From the NCBI GenBank assembly GCA_964389655.1, contig CAYMED010000013.1, positions 1 to 64,000 on the forward strand: a stretch of 64,000 bases of DNA. The letters are read 5' to 3'. Of the stretch, positions 29,210-38,791 are shown piece by piece. Source of the stretch: an uncultured Candidatus Poseidoniales archaeon. GTDB lineage: Archaea; Thermoplasmatota; Poseidoniia; Poseidoniales; CAYMED01. How positions within the stretch are numbered: position 1 is the stretch's first letter; each line of letters begins with the position of its first letter. The notes beneath the pieces are model-generated. The model saw nothing but the letters and a program-made list of their open reading frames with translations, was not told the DNA's origin and did no database searches. Made by a program: the position numbers and the translations under genes.

Positions 29210-29785
29210 ATGGTGTCCCTACGAGCCGTGCGAAATACTGCCGGAATCCTAATATCGGTAATTCTTGTTGGCCTTTCTTTGACGAATTCCCTCATAGGAT
29301 CTCCCATAGATATTGCTGCACCTGGTTGTCCTATGGCCAAAGGTCATGTCGCATGGATGGACTTCATTGCCTCAGGTACACCTTGCGATGCTAAAGTTAA
29401 TCCAAATCAAGACCTTCCATATTTTACTGCTATCGATGTGGCAATGGCGCTTATTGGAGTCGCAATTGGTGGCATGGTGTTCATGAGTCGTCGTCGTTTT
29501 GGGTCATCAGGAGCTGGAAAAAGCCGAGATGCCCGGTCTCTATTGCGAAATGACACCAAATGGGAAAGCAGAATGACTTCGAGATATGAAAAATCAGGCG
29601 GTGACCAGATGGATGTATCGGTTATGACTCCTCCAGAACCAAAGACTGAATTGGATCCAGATCTTCTTATTTCAGATGGATTTAATCCTAATGAAAAAGT
29701 ACCACGACGAAAGCGCGACAAGCAGGATGGAAGTGCAGACCCTGCACCTTCTAGCAGCACTTTTGAAAACCCATTTGATTTTTGA
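29210..29785 (+). CDS. Hypothetical 2-TM protein with disordered tail
   Basis: TM-loop(2 Cys)-TM then SRRR; ends FENPFDF. Confidence 0.65.
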   Translation: MVSLRAVRNTAGILISVILVGLSLTNSLIGSPIDIAAPGCPMAKGHVAWMDFIASGTPCDAKVNPNQDLPYFTAIDVAMALIGVAIGGMVFMSRRRFGSSGAGKSRDARSLLRNDTKWESRMTSRYEKSGGDQMDVSVMTPPEPKTELDPDLLISDGFNPNEKVPRRKRDKQDGSADPAPSSSTFENPFDF

Positions 29786-29794
29786 GGATGATTT

Positions 29795-30253
29795 GTGAAA
29801 GAAGAACCATGGTGGTCTGCTGGCCTCCATTTCAAGTGCGAAAGTGACTGCGGCCGTTGTTGCTCCAATGAAGGGGGGCTTGTTTTCCTAGAAATCGAAG
29901 ATGCTAGGCGCATCTCAAATTACGAAGGCTTGCGCTTGCGTACATGGGCTAGATCACGTACTACCCGTTCAGCAGATGGTCGAATTGTTTTAGGCCACAG
30001 AAGCGATGGGGCTTGCACATATCTGAATCCTGATCAGTCATGCAAAATTTATGAGGTCAAGCCGACGCAGTGCAGTGCATTCCCTTGGTGGCAAGAAAAC
30101 TTGCGTAATGAAATCTCATGGGGCAAAGTCAAAGCGGATTGTCCTGGTATTGATGCAAATAGTGCACCGCTTATTTCGATGTCTGAAATCAGGAAGTGGG
30201 TGAGTGAAGATCGTCGCGCAACTCGTGGATTTCGTCGAATGCCGCGATCTTGA
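29795..30253 (+). CDS. YkgJ / CxxCxxCC Fe-S or Zn cluster protein
   Basis: CESDCGRCC, CTYL, CKIYEVKPTQCSAFPWW, CPG. Confidence 0.88.
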   Translation: MKEEPWWSAGLHFKCESDCGRCCSNEGGLVFLEIEDARRISNYEGLRLRTWARSRTTRSADGRIVLGHRSDGACTYLNPDQSCKIYEVKPTQCSAFPWWQENLRNEISWGKVKADCPGIDANSAPLISMSEIRKWVSEDRRATRGFRRMPRS

Positions 30254-30254
30254 C

Positions 30255-32102
30255 TTATTCATCAGGGGTGAGAATGCGAATTGGATAAAGGAATGCTTTT
30301 CCCTCATCCAACAATTCTTCAGCCTTTACCCGACTACGATCAATCATCCAAGGATCGGATGGTTCGAATTCATCCCATGTTCCTGAATCTAGTTCCTCAA
30401 TGTCTCCTTGAATGGAATCAAATCGTGATTTGACCTCTTCAACCTCTTCTTCATTTTCTGCACGTACCAAATCGAGTTGCATGCTTGATAATCCATCGCC
30501 AATTGTCTGTAATATCTCTGATTGTGCTTGTAATGTTCGTGCATGTAGTTCCAATGATTGAAGTGATTTCACCTCAATTGTGTCCTCATTTGCTACTTTT
30601 TCAGATATTGCCCGCCGTTCACGCAACTCATCAGCGAATCGACTTTCTCGACCTGGTACTTCCTCTAATTCTTCCACCACGCCCATGGACGTAGACTCTA
30701 GCGTTGCCTGAGTTGCTGCAATTGCATCTTCGGGCCACAAATTGGGAGTTGTCCATTGATCTTCAAGTTCAATTGAGTCGTCATATTCAATTTCAAGAGT
30801 GGGATCTAGAGTATCTGGCATGGTTCGATCAAGTCCATCTGTGACCATCCTTTCAATGTCAAGATCCTCTTTGAGCAATTCAATTTCTGCTGATGGTACG
30901 GGGGCTTCTCGTCCTTCGAGTAAATCGATCACGTCATCTCGTGCTGTTAGGATTGCACCTCCATCAATTTCATGAGCAACTCGATCGAATGAAGCCAAAG
31001 TAGTTCGAAGGTCCCCATCAGACCAGCGCTGAATTGCTTCAAGATGAGAATCAGTTAATGCTATGCTTCGAATCATTGCTCTTCGACGTAGTAATATAAT
31101 TCGGCTAGCAACTCCAAGTGGGTGAATCTTGATGGGAAGCGCACTGTGTGCAATACGTCCCATTCTGTCTTGATCTAGTTGCTCAGGGTTCCATTGAGCT
31201 GCGGTGAGTATGACTTGGACACCTAAATTAAGGGCGTGATCTAGAACATTACCAATTTGTGCGAGTACGCTTGCACCTCCAATTAATACATCGAGGTCAT
31301 CGACAATTAGCAATGATGTGGAGGACAGTCCTTCATTCCAGCCAAGCGGGATCTCATTGTTCTGCTGCAAAGTTTTTGCATCTATAATTCGAACGTCGTG
31401 AATTGGATCTCTGTGTGCCATTGATGCAGCAGCAGCCCATATGAGGTGGCTCTTCCCCGTTCCTTCAGTACCCACAATAACGAGGGGATTGATGCGGGTT
31501 GATGGGTGATCAAGGACATCTTGGACAGCACGTGTAGCTTCTGCATTTTCAGGTAATGCTGACCAGTGTCGAAATGTCATAGCTTCATTCAGTTGATGAA
31601 TAGGCGGCCAAATTTCTTTTTTTTCTGCGGAGGGTGAATAATGGCCTGTATTTGTCTGTTTTCTTCTCTGCTGGTCCAATACATCCTCCCAAACCATCCG
31701 ACCCGGGCCAGAAAAACCAATGATTTCACTGTTGACGTGCTGATTTAGGTCACTAGAGGTATCGTGTTGTCCATTTTCTTCTTTTTCGGTTGCCCTAGTT
31801 TTTTCTAATTCAATGGGATCTTGTAACCATTCGGGTAAATCTAGTGGCTCAGGAACATGTTTGAGGGTTGGCACATCAAGTGCACTGGCAGGTTCAATGA
31901 CTTGTTCAGTGGGCTTTCCTGCAGGCCGGTTGATCGAACCGATCATGTCGATGAGCCGTGAACCGGGTGGTGCTGGTGTAGGGTTTAATTGTGCCACTGG
32001 AGGACTTGCAAGGCGCTCGCCACGGCGAATTGCCTGTCGTAACTTTGTCCGCACCGGCTCGCTAAGCCGTGTCTTGGTTATCAACGACCCGTTTGCTAAC
32101 AA
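30255..32102 (-). CDS. DnaA/Hda-family AAA+ ATPase domain protein lacking DnaA domain IV
   Basis: LNEAMTF..N, NPLVIVGTEGTGKSHL, LLIVDDLD, QVILTA, GDLR sensor II; acidic coiled-coil-like tail. Confidence 0.8.
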   Translation of the reverse strand: MLANGSLITKTRLSEPVRTKLRQAIRRGERLASPPVAQLNPTPAPPGSRLIDMIGSINRPAGKPTEQVIEPASALDVPTLKHVPEPLDLPEWLQDPIELEKTRATEKEENGQHDTSSDLNQHVNSEIIGFSGPGRMVWEDVLDQQRRKQTNTGHYSPSAEKKEIWPPIHQLNEAMTFRHWSALPENAEATRAVQDVLDHPSTRINPLVIVGTEGTGKSHLIWAAAASMAHRDPIHDVRIIDAKTLQQNNEIPLGWNEGLSSTSLLIVDDLDVLIGGASVLAQIGNVLDHALNLGVQVILTAAQWNPEQLDQDRMGRIAHSALPIKIHPLGVASRIILLRRRAMIRSIALTDSHLEAIQRWSDGDLRTTLASFDRVAHEIDGGAILTARDDVIDLLEGREAPVPSAEIELLKEDLDIERMVTDGLDRTMPDTLDPTLEIEYDDSIELEDQWTTPNLWPEDAIAATQATLESTSMGVVEELEEVPGRESRFADELRERRAISEKVANEDTIEVKSLQSLELHARTLQAQSEILQTIGDGLSSMQLDLVRAENEEEVEEVKSRFDSIQGDIEELDSGTWDEFEPSDPWMIDRSRVKAEELLDEGKAFLYPIRILTPDE

Positions 32103-32117
32103 TGTGAATTATTCGAT

Positions 32118-34220
32118 TCAATCCGTGAGACCATCACGCCATACAGGGGGTCCTCGATATTGCTCCTTTTTGTGAGATGACCTCAAAATAGCGTCTTGCC
32201 CAATTTTTGGCGTCTCGGCTATTGGTTCAGAAGGAAGGTTAAGTGGCTCTACCGATTTTGCACTTTTAATCGCAGCTTTCCATTCTGCATGATCTGGTTG
32301 ATTCAAATCGATAATTCCGATGCCAAGATGGGGGGATGACCTTGCCTTGATTGCATCCATCTCCCTAGCAGGTGGCAAAATGGGGTCAATAACACCAATT
32401 TCCATTGGTTCTGTATTTTCGATATTTCCTTCATACAACCGTGGTCTTTCTGCATGAGTATGGATTTCTAAGTCCGGAATTTCAGGTGCACTCGCAGCAG
32501 CTGCACGCGACCCGCTCACCGTGATTTCATGTTCATCTAGCCCTTGTTTCACTCCCGAAGGACGGCGACCAGGCCGGTGATTGACAGTTGCAGCGATTGG
32601 AGTTTTGGGATGAACAGTTTCAATTTTCGTTTCAAGAGTGGCTATGTCTGTGAGATTTTCATGATCTTGTATGCTCTGATCAGAGCTTCCAATTTCTAGA
32701 GGTACTTCTTCTAGGATTACTTTTGGTGTTGGCTCAGATACCTGACTTTGTTCATTTTCCTGATCAGTTAATGGCTTGGAGGTTTCTTGAAACATCTCAA
32801 TTTCTTCAACGTTAATTTCCGAATTTAATTCACCAGTCATCGCGATTATTTCAGATTCGGCATGTTTTTTTGCCTCTAGAACTTTTGGAGGATCTGGAAC
32901 TGTTTCTCCATGATCGGCAAAAATAATTGATCGTACAAGATTTGGGTCAACGCGGCTTGCCTTTTCTTCAGATTGCAAAACTAGTGGCTCACTCTTTTCA
33001 TCCAATTGCGAGGAGGTTGGAGTGTGTTGAATAATCTCTTCAGGTGAACTTTTCTCAACTCTTTCATCCTGTACAGGTACTGGAGATTGAATTTGAGGCT
33101 CTTCTTCTCTTTGCGCATTACTGGATTCCTCGGTGCGTTCATCAACGGTCCATTTTGATGTTGCAAAACCGCTATCTAACGCACGACGGACCATTGCATC
33201 ACTCAGCAGGTCTAAAGTCCGCGTGATTCTCTTCCGCTCTTTTCTTTCCCATGCTTCAATATCGAGCGAAAGTAAGAGAATGTGGCCACCCACGCGAATA
33301 AGGTCTGATAGTTTTTCGATAGAATCTATGACACGGTTAGACCCATGCAGTCCTGCAACATGCTCAAGTCCATCTATGATTACCAAAGTTGGTTTGGAAT
33401 GCCATAGTTTGGCTTCTAAATGGTACATCATGCGCTCGGGTGAAGGGTCTAGCACTCCTTCATCATCACTACCTCGGCGGAGGCGATATATCTCACTTGG
33501 TGGAATACCAGCTGCATCTGAATCAGAAAGTGGAGTGCGTGAGATAACATGTACGTTTGCCACTTGTAGAGCTATTTTTGCCAAAGGCAAGAGGTCAGTA
33601 ATTTGTCCATCTTGAAGATAGGCTGAGCCCCATCTAATTTGGTCTCGTGATCGCATGGAGTCATCATCTAGCATTTCGTGCTGCGGGAAACGAAGCATTG
33701 CTGAGGGTTTCTGTGCGGGGAGTTCGACATTTCTTCTTGCAGCATCCTCATCCGTCATCCGTCGCCACCAATCTAGACTTAGTCGCTCAGAGGGCCCAAC
33801 CTTGTCGTCATGCTTTTCCTCTTTCCCACTAGAATTGTCGGCGGGAGTGAGTTGCTGATCAGAAATGGATGTGCTGAGTAATGACGGTGAATGTGCTAAT
33901 ACGGCTTCTGGCCAAACATCGAGGATACCTAATACGTCTATGTCTTCATGAATTGTAATACGGGTTCGCGGGTCAGAAAGGTCGAGGCGAATTCCTTCTA
34001 GAGCTTCAAAACCGGGTTCAAAGACTTCTTTATTTGTGCGCATGGCCAAAACAGCCTTCCCTTCTAAGAAGGCAATTTGACTTGTGATCTCTTCTCCCTT
34101 CAACTGCCCACGTAGATAACAGGTAATTCGCTCACGGATTGCCTTTTGGACCACTTTTTGCAAGGCATTTGGCCCCCCGGCACGCTCTTCGACGATGCGT
34201 CCCCGTGGCAATTCTCTCAT
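32118..34220 (-). CDS. DUF2226-like N-domain + DUF835 domain + long acidic disordered tail
   Basis: MRELPRGRIV start; VISR...LVIIDGLEH...KLSDLI...LLLSLD...ERK (DUF835 pattern); start 34220 or 34229. Confidence 0.7.
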   Translation of the reverse strand: MRELPRGRIVEERAGGPNALQKVVQKAIRERITCYLRGQLKGEEITSQIAFLEGKAVLAMRTNKEVFEPGFEALEGIRLDLSDPRTRITIHEDIDVLGILDVWPEAVLAHSPSLLSTSISDQQLTPADNSSGKEEKHDDKVGPSERLSLDWWRRMTDEDAARRNVELPAQKPSAMLRFPQHEMLDDDSMRSRDQIRWGSAYLQDGQITDLLPLAKIALQVANVHVISRTPLSDSDAAGIPPSEIYRLRRGSDDEGVLDPSPERMMYHLEAKLWHSKPTLVIIDGLEHVAGLHGSNRVIDSIEKLSDLIRVGGHILLLSLDIEAWERKERKRITRTLDLLSDAMVRRALDSGFATSKWTVDERTEESSNAQREEEPQIQSPVPVQDERVEKSSPEEIIQHTPTSSQLDEKSEPLVLQSEEKASRVDPNLVRSIIFADHGETVPDPPKVLEAKKHAESEIIAMTGELNSEINVEEIEMFQETSKPLTDQENEQSQVSEPTPKVILEEVPLEIGSSDQSIQDHENLTDIATLETKIETVHPKTPIAATVNHRPGRRPSGVKQGLDEHEITVSGSRAAAASAPEIPDLEIHTHAERPRLYEGNIENTEPMEIGVIDPILPPAREMDAIKARSSPHLGIGIIDLNQPDHAEWKAAIKSAKSVEPLNLPSEPIAETPKIGQDAILRSSHKKEQYRGPPVWRDGLTD

Positions 34221-34420
34221 ACCGATCATCCTCCGATTACACTGATGGGTCTTCAACAGCACGGATTGAAGTGGGTTGAAAGTGGCTGGTTTAGATATTC
34301 TGATGATTCGCCATGGAATAATCGAGCAAACGTTGTTTGGTAGAACCATCTCCCAAGTTCGTGGATCAGGAATATCTCGCCTCTGTGCCCCTCTCAATTG
34401 TATCTAATTGGCAGGATGGA

Positions 34421-35026
34421 ATGATCGTTTCGCGGGTAGGTGCACTGGTTGCATGTATTGCTTGTCCATTGTCTGTTATCTCCCTTGCCCTTGGACGTCT
34501 TGATCTTGCATTTGCTGAATTAGCATTGACGCTTGTTGCTGCCCCTAGCCTGCTTCGAACGCTGCGTTTACGCCGCGTTGGTTCCTCCATCCGTATCGGG
34601 AATGGCCACATGTGGATTGGGGGCGATGGCCAATCAAATGTCGGAGTGATGTTGAGGAATGGCCATTGGTCTTGGCTTGAAAAACCAGGCCGTCTCGAGA
34701 TATTGCATGACGATTTCCTCAATGAAGATTCACTCAAGTTCCGCTTCGGAGACGAGGAGTCCATCCTTGGAATTCCCTGTCATCAGGGTCGGACGGAGAG
34801 GCGCCTTTGGCTTGCTATTGCAAACACCTGTTTGGCCGAGATGCACCTGATGAGAGATGATGTTTTGCAAGAAGATCCATTCAGCAGTGCACGAGTGCGA
34901 GAAGATCTCGCCGAAGGATTGTTGGAGCGCAAGTGGGATCATACGGAGCCAGGTATATTATCAACATCTATCCGGTATCCCTTTCGTCGTCGACCAACTA
35001 CAACTGTTATAGATGGGGAGGAGTGA
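34421..35026 (+). CDS. Hypothetical 2-TM protein
   Basis: Hydrophobic hairpin then soluble domain; translationally coupled to the next ORF. Confidence 0.6.
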   Translation: MIVSRVGALVACIACPLSVISLALGRLDLAFAELALTLVAAPSLLRTLRLRRVGSSIRIGNGHMWIGGDGQSNVGVMLRNGHWSWLEKPGRLEILHDDFLNEDSLKFRFGDEESILGIPCHQGRTERRLWLAIANTCLAEMHLMRDDVLQEDPFSSARVREDLAEGLLERKWDHTEPGILSTSIRYPFRRRPTTTVIDGEE

Positions 35027-35637
35027 GTGTGCAAAAAATGGGTAGTTCTGACCACTCATCTCAACTTGAATCCTTAGGTAAATATGCAGGTGGGTCTTTA
35101 TCAGCGAGTTTTGCACGTTGGCCTCTTTCTTTGTCCCAGCCCCCGATAATTGCGGCACTTTATGCCCTTTTGATTGGGTTAGCCACTTTTTTGCCTTTAG
35201 GTGTTCAAGTTGGCTTTCAATTTGACATGTGGGTCTATATTTGGGCTGTTGAAACTTCAGCATTCATGCTAGTTTGCGCGTTTGTTGGCAGTGTGTCCCA
35301 GTTTGTGACATCAATGACCATCCGCCCGCCCATCAAAATATCGAAATGGTTGCTTTTTACAGCTCCTTTTGTGGGTATTGCTTTGCGAACAGTTGTGGCT
35401 ACGGGAATGATACCGAGTACGGGCTTTCTTCATATCTCGATTATCCTGTTAATTGGACCTGGACTTGCTTATGTTTGGTTCATATGGGCTCCAAGATGGC
35501 GCATGCTTCAGCGAATGGAAGAAGGGAAATCACCAATTGAAGGCCTTGGGGAGTCAAGTGTTGCTGTGGAACATCACAGGACCGAAGATCTCCATCAAGT
35601 TCTTGATTCGATGGATATTTTGGATGACGATGAGTGA
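35023..35637 (+). CDS. Hypothetical 4-TM membrane protein
   Basis: GTGA start/stop overlap; four hydrophobic segments. Confidence 0.65.
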   Translation: MSVQKMGSSDHSSQLESLGKYAGGSLSASFARWPLSLSQPPIIAALYALLIGLATFLPLGVQVGFQFDMWVYIWAVETSAFMLVCAFVGSVSQFVTSMTIRPPIKISKWLLFTAPFVGIALRTVVATGMIPSTGFLHISIILLIGPGLAYVWFIWAPRWRMLQRMEEGKSPIEGLGESSVAVEHHRTEDLHQVLDSMDILDDDE

Positions 35638-35644
35638 ATCTTAC

Positions 35645-36826
35645 CTAAATCAACCCAACTTCTCGCCCTGCCAATTCATAGCCCTGAAGAATCATTTGTA
35701 TGTCATCTTGGCTCAGTCCCGAACTGACTTGATTTCGTACCCTTGATTTATCTCGAGCAACCATTGGAAATACGATTGCACTGGCAATTACATTTTTTTC
35801 TTGAAGTGATTTTGAAAGTGATTTTGCAGTTTTTGAATCACCACACATGACCGGAATGATTGGGGTCGTGCTGACTCCTGTGTCGAATCCCAGTGATTGT
35901 AACTCAGAGCGCAAATATTCGGTATTTTCCCACAACCTTGCATGATGTTCAGGTTCTTTTTCAAGAACTTCAATCGCTGCGCGTTGTGCTGCAGCTACAC
36001 CCGGTGGCTGACTCCCTGAAAGTAACCATGATCGGCTATGATTCAGTGCGTGAAGTCGAGTGAGTTCAGAACCTGCAACAATTCCTCCTTGCACCCCTAG
36101 TGCTTTTGAGAATGAGCCGATTTCAAAATCCACCCTCCCTTGTAACTCAAAATGATCTACTATCCCCCTTCCACCCTTACCAAGGACTCCTTCACCATGA
36201 CAATCATCAACATAGACCATTGCAGCATGATCTTCAGCGAGTTCTGTAATTACATCGAGAGGTGCAATATCCCCATCCATGCTGAATACTCCATCCGTAA
36301 TTATCAATTTTCGCTCTTTATCGGTATTTGATCGCAAAATCTGTTCCAAACCCTCCATGTCATTGTGCGGATAAACTGCTCGACTTGCTTTTGTCAGGCG
36401 CACCCCATCGATAATTGAGCCATGATTCAACTCATCTGAAATGATCAGGTCACGGGTGTCCCGTACAAGAGTTGGGATAAGTCCTACATTTGCGGTATAT
36501 CCTGCAGAATATATCAATGCGGCTTCTGCACCTTTGAATTTTGCAACTGCGGCTTCCGCTTCAAGATGAATTTTCATTGTTCCAGCAATTGCTCGAACAC
36601 TTCCAGATCCCGCACCGTATTTTCTAGTTGCGCTAATCATGGCTTCGATGACCATTGGATGGGTTGTGAGGTTGAGATAATTATTTGCTGAAAGCATAAT
36701 ACATTTTTCACCATCAATCGTAACAAGTGCCTCATTTGCTCCTTCTAGGGTTGGCGGATCCCAATTGAGATTATGTGACGTCAACTCATCGTGGCGGATG
36801 CGCATCCAGTCTACCTCTTTCGTCAT
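35645..36826 (-). CDS. kbl: Glycine C-acetyltransferase / 8-amino-7-oxononanoate synthase family PLP enzyme
   Basis: ANNYL, SDELNHGSIIDG, DGVFSMDGD, DDCHGEG, SFSKALG (PLP Lys). Confidence 0.85.
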   Translation of the reverse strand: MTKEVDWMRIRHDELTSHNLNWDPPTLEGANEALVTIDGEKCIMLSANNYLNLTTHPMVIEAMISATRKYGAGSGSVRAIAGTMKIHLEAEAAVAKFKGAEAALIYSAGYTANVGLIPTLVRDTRDLIISDELNHGSIIDGVRLTKASRAVYPHNDMEGLEQILRSNTDKERKLIITDGVFSMDGDIAPLDVITELAEDHAAMVYVDDCHGEGVLGKGGRGIVDHFELQGRVDFEIGSFSKALGVQGGIVAGSELTRLHALNHSRSWLLSGSQPPGVAAAQRAAIEVLEKEPEHHARLWENTEYLRSELQSLGFDTGVSTTPIIPVMCGDSKTAKSLSKSLQEKNVIASAIVFPMVARDKSRVRNQVSSGLSQDDIQMILQGYELAGREVGLI

Positions 36827-36912
36827 GAATGGTGGTTTCGCGTCTAGATCATCAAACCTCGCTTGACACGATCCCCACAAACTCTGATGGCTGAATACAC
36901 TAGACGCCCATT

Positions 36913-37350
36913 ATGGAATTGTCTGGCCGAGTTGCCTCGGGACTAGGGCGCGCTCACATTTTCATGGCCCAAACCCATTACCAAGGGCAATTTCGGGAGG
37001 TTCTTGGCTCAACTGCCTGGCCAGGGACTCTCAATGTAGAAGTTGATAGAAAGTCTGTTGATTTGTGGGATTCTTTGCGAGCGCTATGCGGGTTACCTGT
37101 TGCTGATTCAACACCATTATTGGACTCCCCGCCTGTAATCCGAATACATGGGTTTGAACGAGACGGACGGGCGTTTGGTGGTGCGAATGCGATTTGTGCT
37201 GACTTGCGGATTCTTGATGAGATTGAAGCATGTGCAGTTCTAATTCCAGATTTAACTAGGCATACTGATGTGATTGAAATCATATGCCCCATTTTTCTCC
37301 GAGAATCATATCAGCTTGTAGATGGAGATCACGTACAAGTAATCATCTAA
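36913..37350 (+). CDS. ribK: CTP-dependent riboflavin kinase (archaeal, stand-alone)
   Basis: GRVASGLGRA, WPGTLN, R.FG, IEII...LR...L.DGD. Confidence 0.9.
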   Translation: MELSGRVASGLGRAHIFMAQTHYQGQFREVLGSTAWPGTLNVEVDRKSVDLWDSLRALCGLPVADSTPLLDSPPVIRIHGFERDGRAFGGANAICADLRILDEIEACAVLIPDLTRHTDVIEIICPIFLRESYQLVDGDHVQVII

Positions 37351-38233
37351 TTTGCAACGATTCCTTTCTCCACTCGTGAGCAATCTTTGTGCGCAATTGT
37401 TGAGCCAAGTGCCTTCTCCGTAAGTGATGTGGGCCTTCAAGATCCCAATTTGGCCAGTCAATGTAGTTACCAGTATGTTTTGGAAGGTTCTCATTTTCAG
37501 GGTCATTTATCCTCCAAAGAGTCAGCCATTCTGCTTCAGCAGTAATACCTGGCGCAACGGTATTGCTAGAGAGGGCATTTGTAATCTGTCCAGCGCGTTG
37601 ATAATCGTCTTCTATGGCATAAAATGCGCCTGCGATTCGGCGAACCATTTGGCGAAGAAAACTGGTCCCTTCTATCTCAAAACCGATTATCACACCTTCA
37701 TACTTTAGTGGATCTATTCGCAATACTTCTCGCATGGGGTCCCTGTTCCGCTCTATCTTGGCAAACGCAGACCAATCATGCATTCCAATGAATAATTCAC
37801 TCACTTCCCTAAATGCATCTATGTTTGTTGATAAACACCCTTTACCCCAATATTCATGTCCGGAGAGTAGATATCGATATGTTCGAGACCTCATCCATCT
37901 TGGATTTGATGTAAATTCTGTGGCAGTCGTGTTCAAAATGCTAATGTCATTGCTAAAATGCTTGGCTAAGACTCGTGCTAGACCATCGCTCTTGAGCTCG
38001 TTCCATGCAGAGGATGGTATGCTATATTGGACAAGGTTTGTGGCTGCATGTACTCCTGCATCTGTACGACTTGCAAATATGGGTAGGGGTAGGTCAGATG
38101 TCCTCAGACTTGCATTCTTGAGAGCAGCGACAAGATCACCCTGCACTGTTCGCAGGTTCGGTTGTATTTGGCTACCATGAAACTTGTCTCCAAGATAGCC
38201 AATTGTTGACCGGAGGGCGACATGGCCCTCCAA
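37343..38233 (-). CDS. truA: tRNA pseudouridine(38-40) synthase
   Basis: YLG..FHGSQIQP, SRTDAGVHA, RTYRY, SFLRQMVR. Confidence 0.9.
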   Translation of the reverse strand: MEGHVALRSTIGYLGDKFHGSQIQPNLRTVQGDLVAALKNASLRTSDLPLPIFASRTDAGVHAATNLVQYSIPSSAWNELKSDGLARVLAKHFSNDISILNTTATEFTSNPRWMRSRTYRYLLSGHEYWGKGCLSTNIDAFREVSELFIGMHDWSAFAKIERNRDPMREVLRIDPLKYEGVIIGFEIEGTSFLRQMVRRIAGAFYAIEDDYQRAGQITNALSSNTVAPGITAEAEWLTLWRINDPENENLPKHTGNYIDWPNWDLEGPHHLRRRHLAQQLRTKIAHEWRKESLQIR

Positions 38234-38242
38234 TGATCTCCC

Positions 38243-38755
38243 TCATGAATTGAGGAGGCTACTTGCCTCATCGGGGCTAAATCCTAGTCCACCAACAGCC
38301 CAAGTCAATGCTTGCTTAATCCATGGGCCGACCATCGGGTTTTTTCTTTCAGGATCAATTCTCTCAATTGCTTCAACAATTAATCTGCTGGCGTCAAAAA
38401 GAGTATCTTCGACAGGTATCTCCTCAAGGCCAGCCATCTTCTCAAGCCGTTGATATTCCTTGATCGCCATGGGTATCCTGCCACAGTCAAGGCAGAAATT
38501 TGCGAATGATGATACATATCCCAAATTATTCTCGTCGAGGTCCATCGCCTTCTTGTAACCACGCATAATGAGGGCCGCTGGTACATCTTCCTCCATGTCC
38601 ATCGAAAGTCGCATGAAAGCCGCTTCGGCCCATCCATACTGTGCCTCTGCATTGTCCTCATCATTTTGACGAACTTCATCAAACAGGTTCATTGCTGCGG
38701 TGAAATCACCTGAACCCATTGCCACTGCTGCATCCTGCATCTTCTCTGAACTCAT
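38243..38755 (-). CDS. TPR-like helical repeat protein
   Basis: Repeated A...Y.KAMDLD..N TPR-like pattern. Confidence 0.7.
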   Translation of the reverse strand: MSSEKMQDAAVAMGSGDFTAAMNLFDEVRQNDEDNAEAQYGWAEAAFMRLSMDMEEDVPAALIMRGYKKAMDLDENNLGYVSSFANFCLDCGRIPMAIKEYQRLEKMAGLEEIPVEDTLFDASRLIVEAIERIDPERKNPMVGPWIKQALTWAVGGLGFSPDEASSLLNS

Positions 38756-38791
38756 CTCAGTCCCTCAGGTGCCGCTACAGGGTAGGGTTTT

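Noticed and set aside
34230-34420. Intergenic gap near the DnaA-like pair as a replication origin or C/D box sRNA
   Set aside because: No DnaA boxes, ORB repeats or AT-rich unwinding element seen; box C/D matches are poor and no guide target is recognisable
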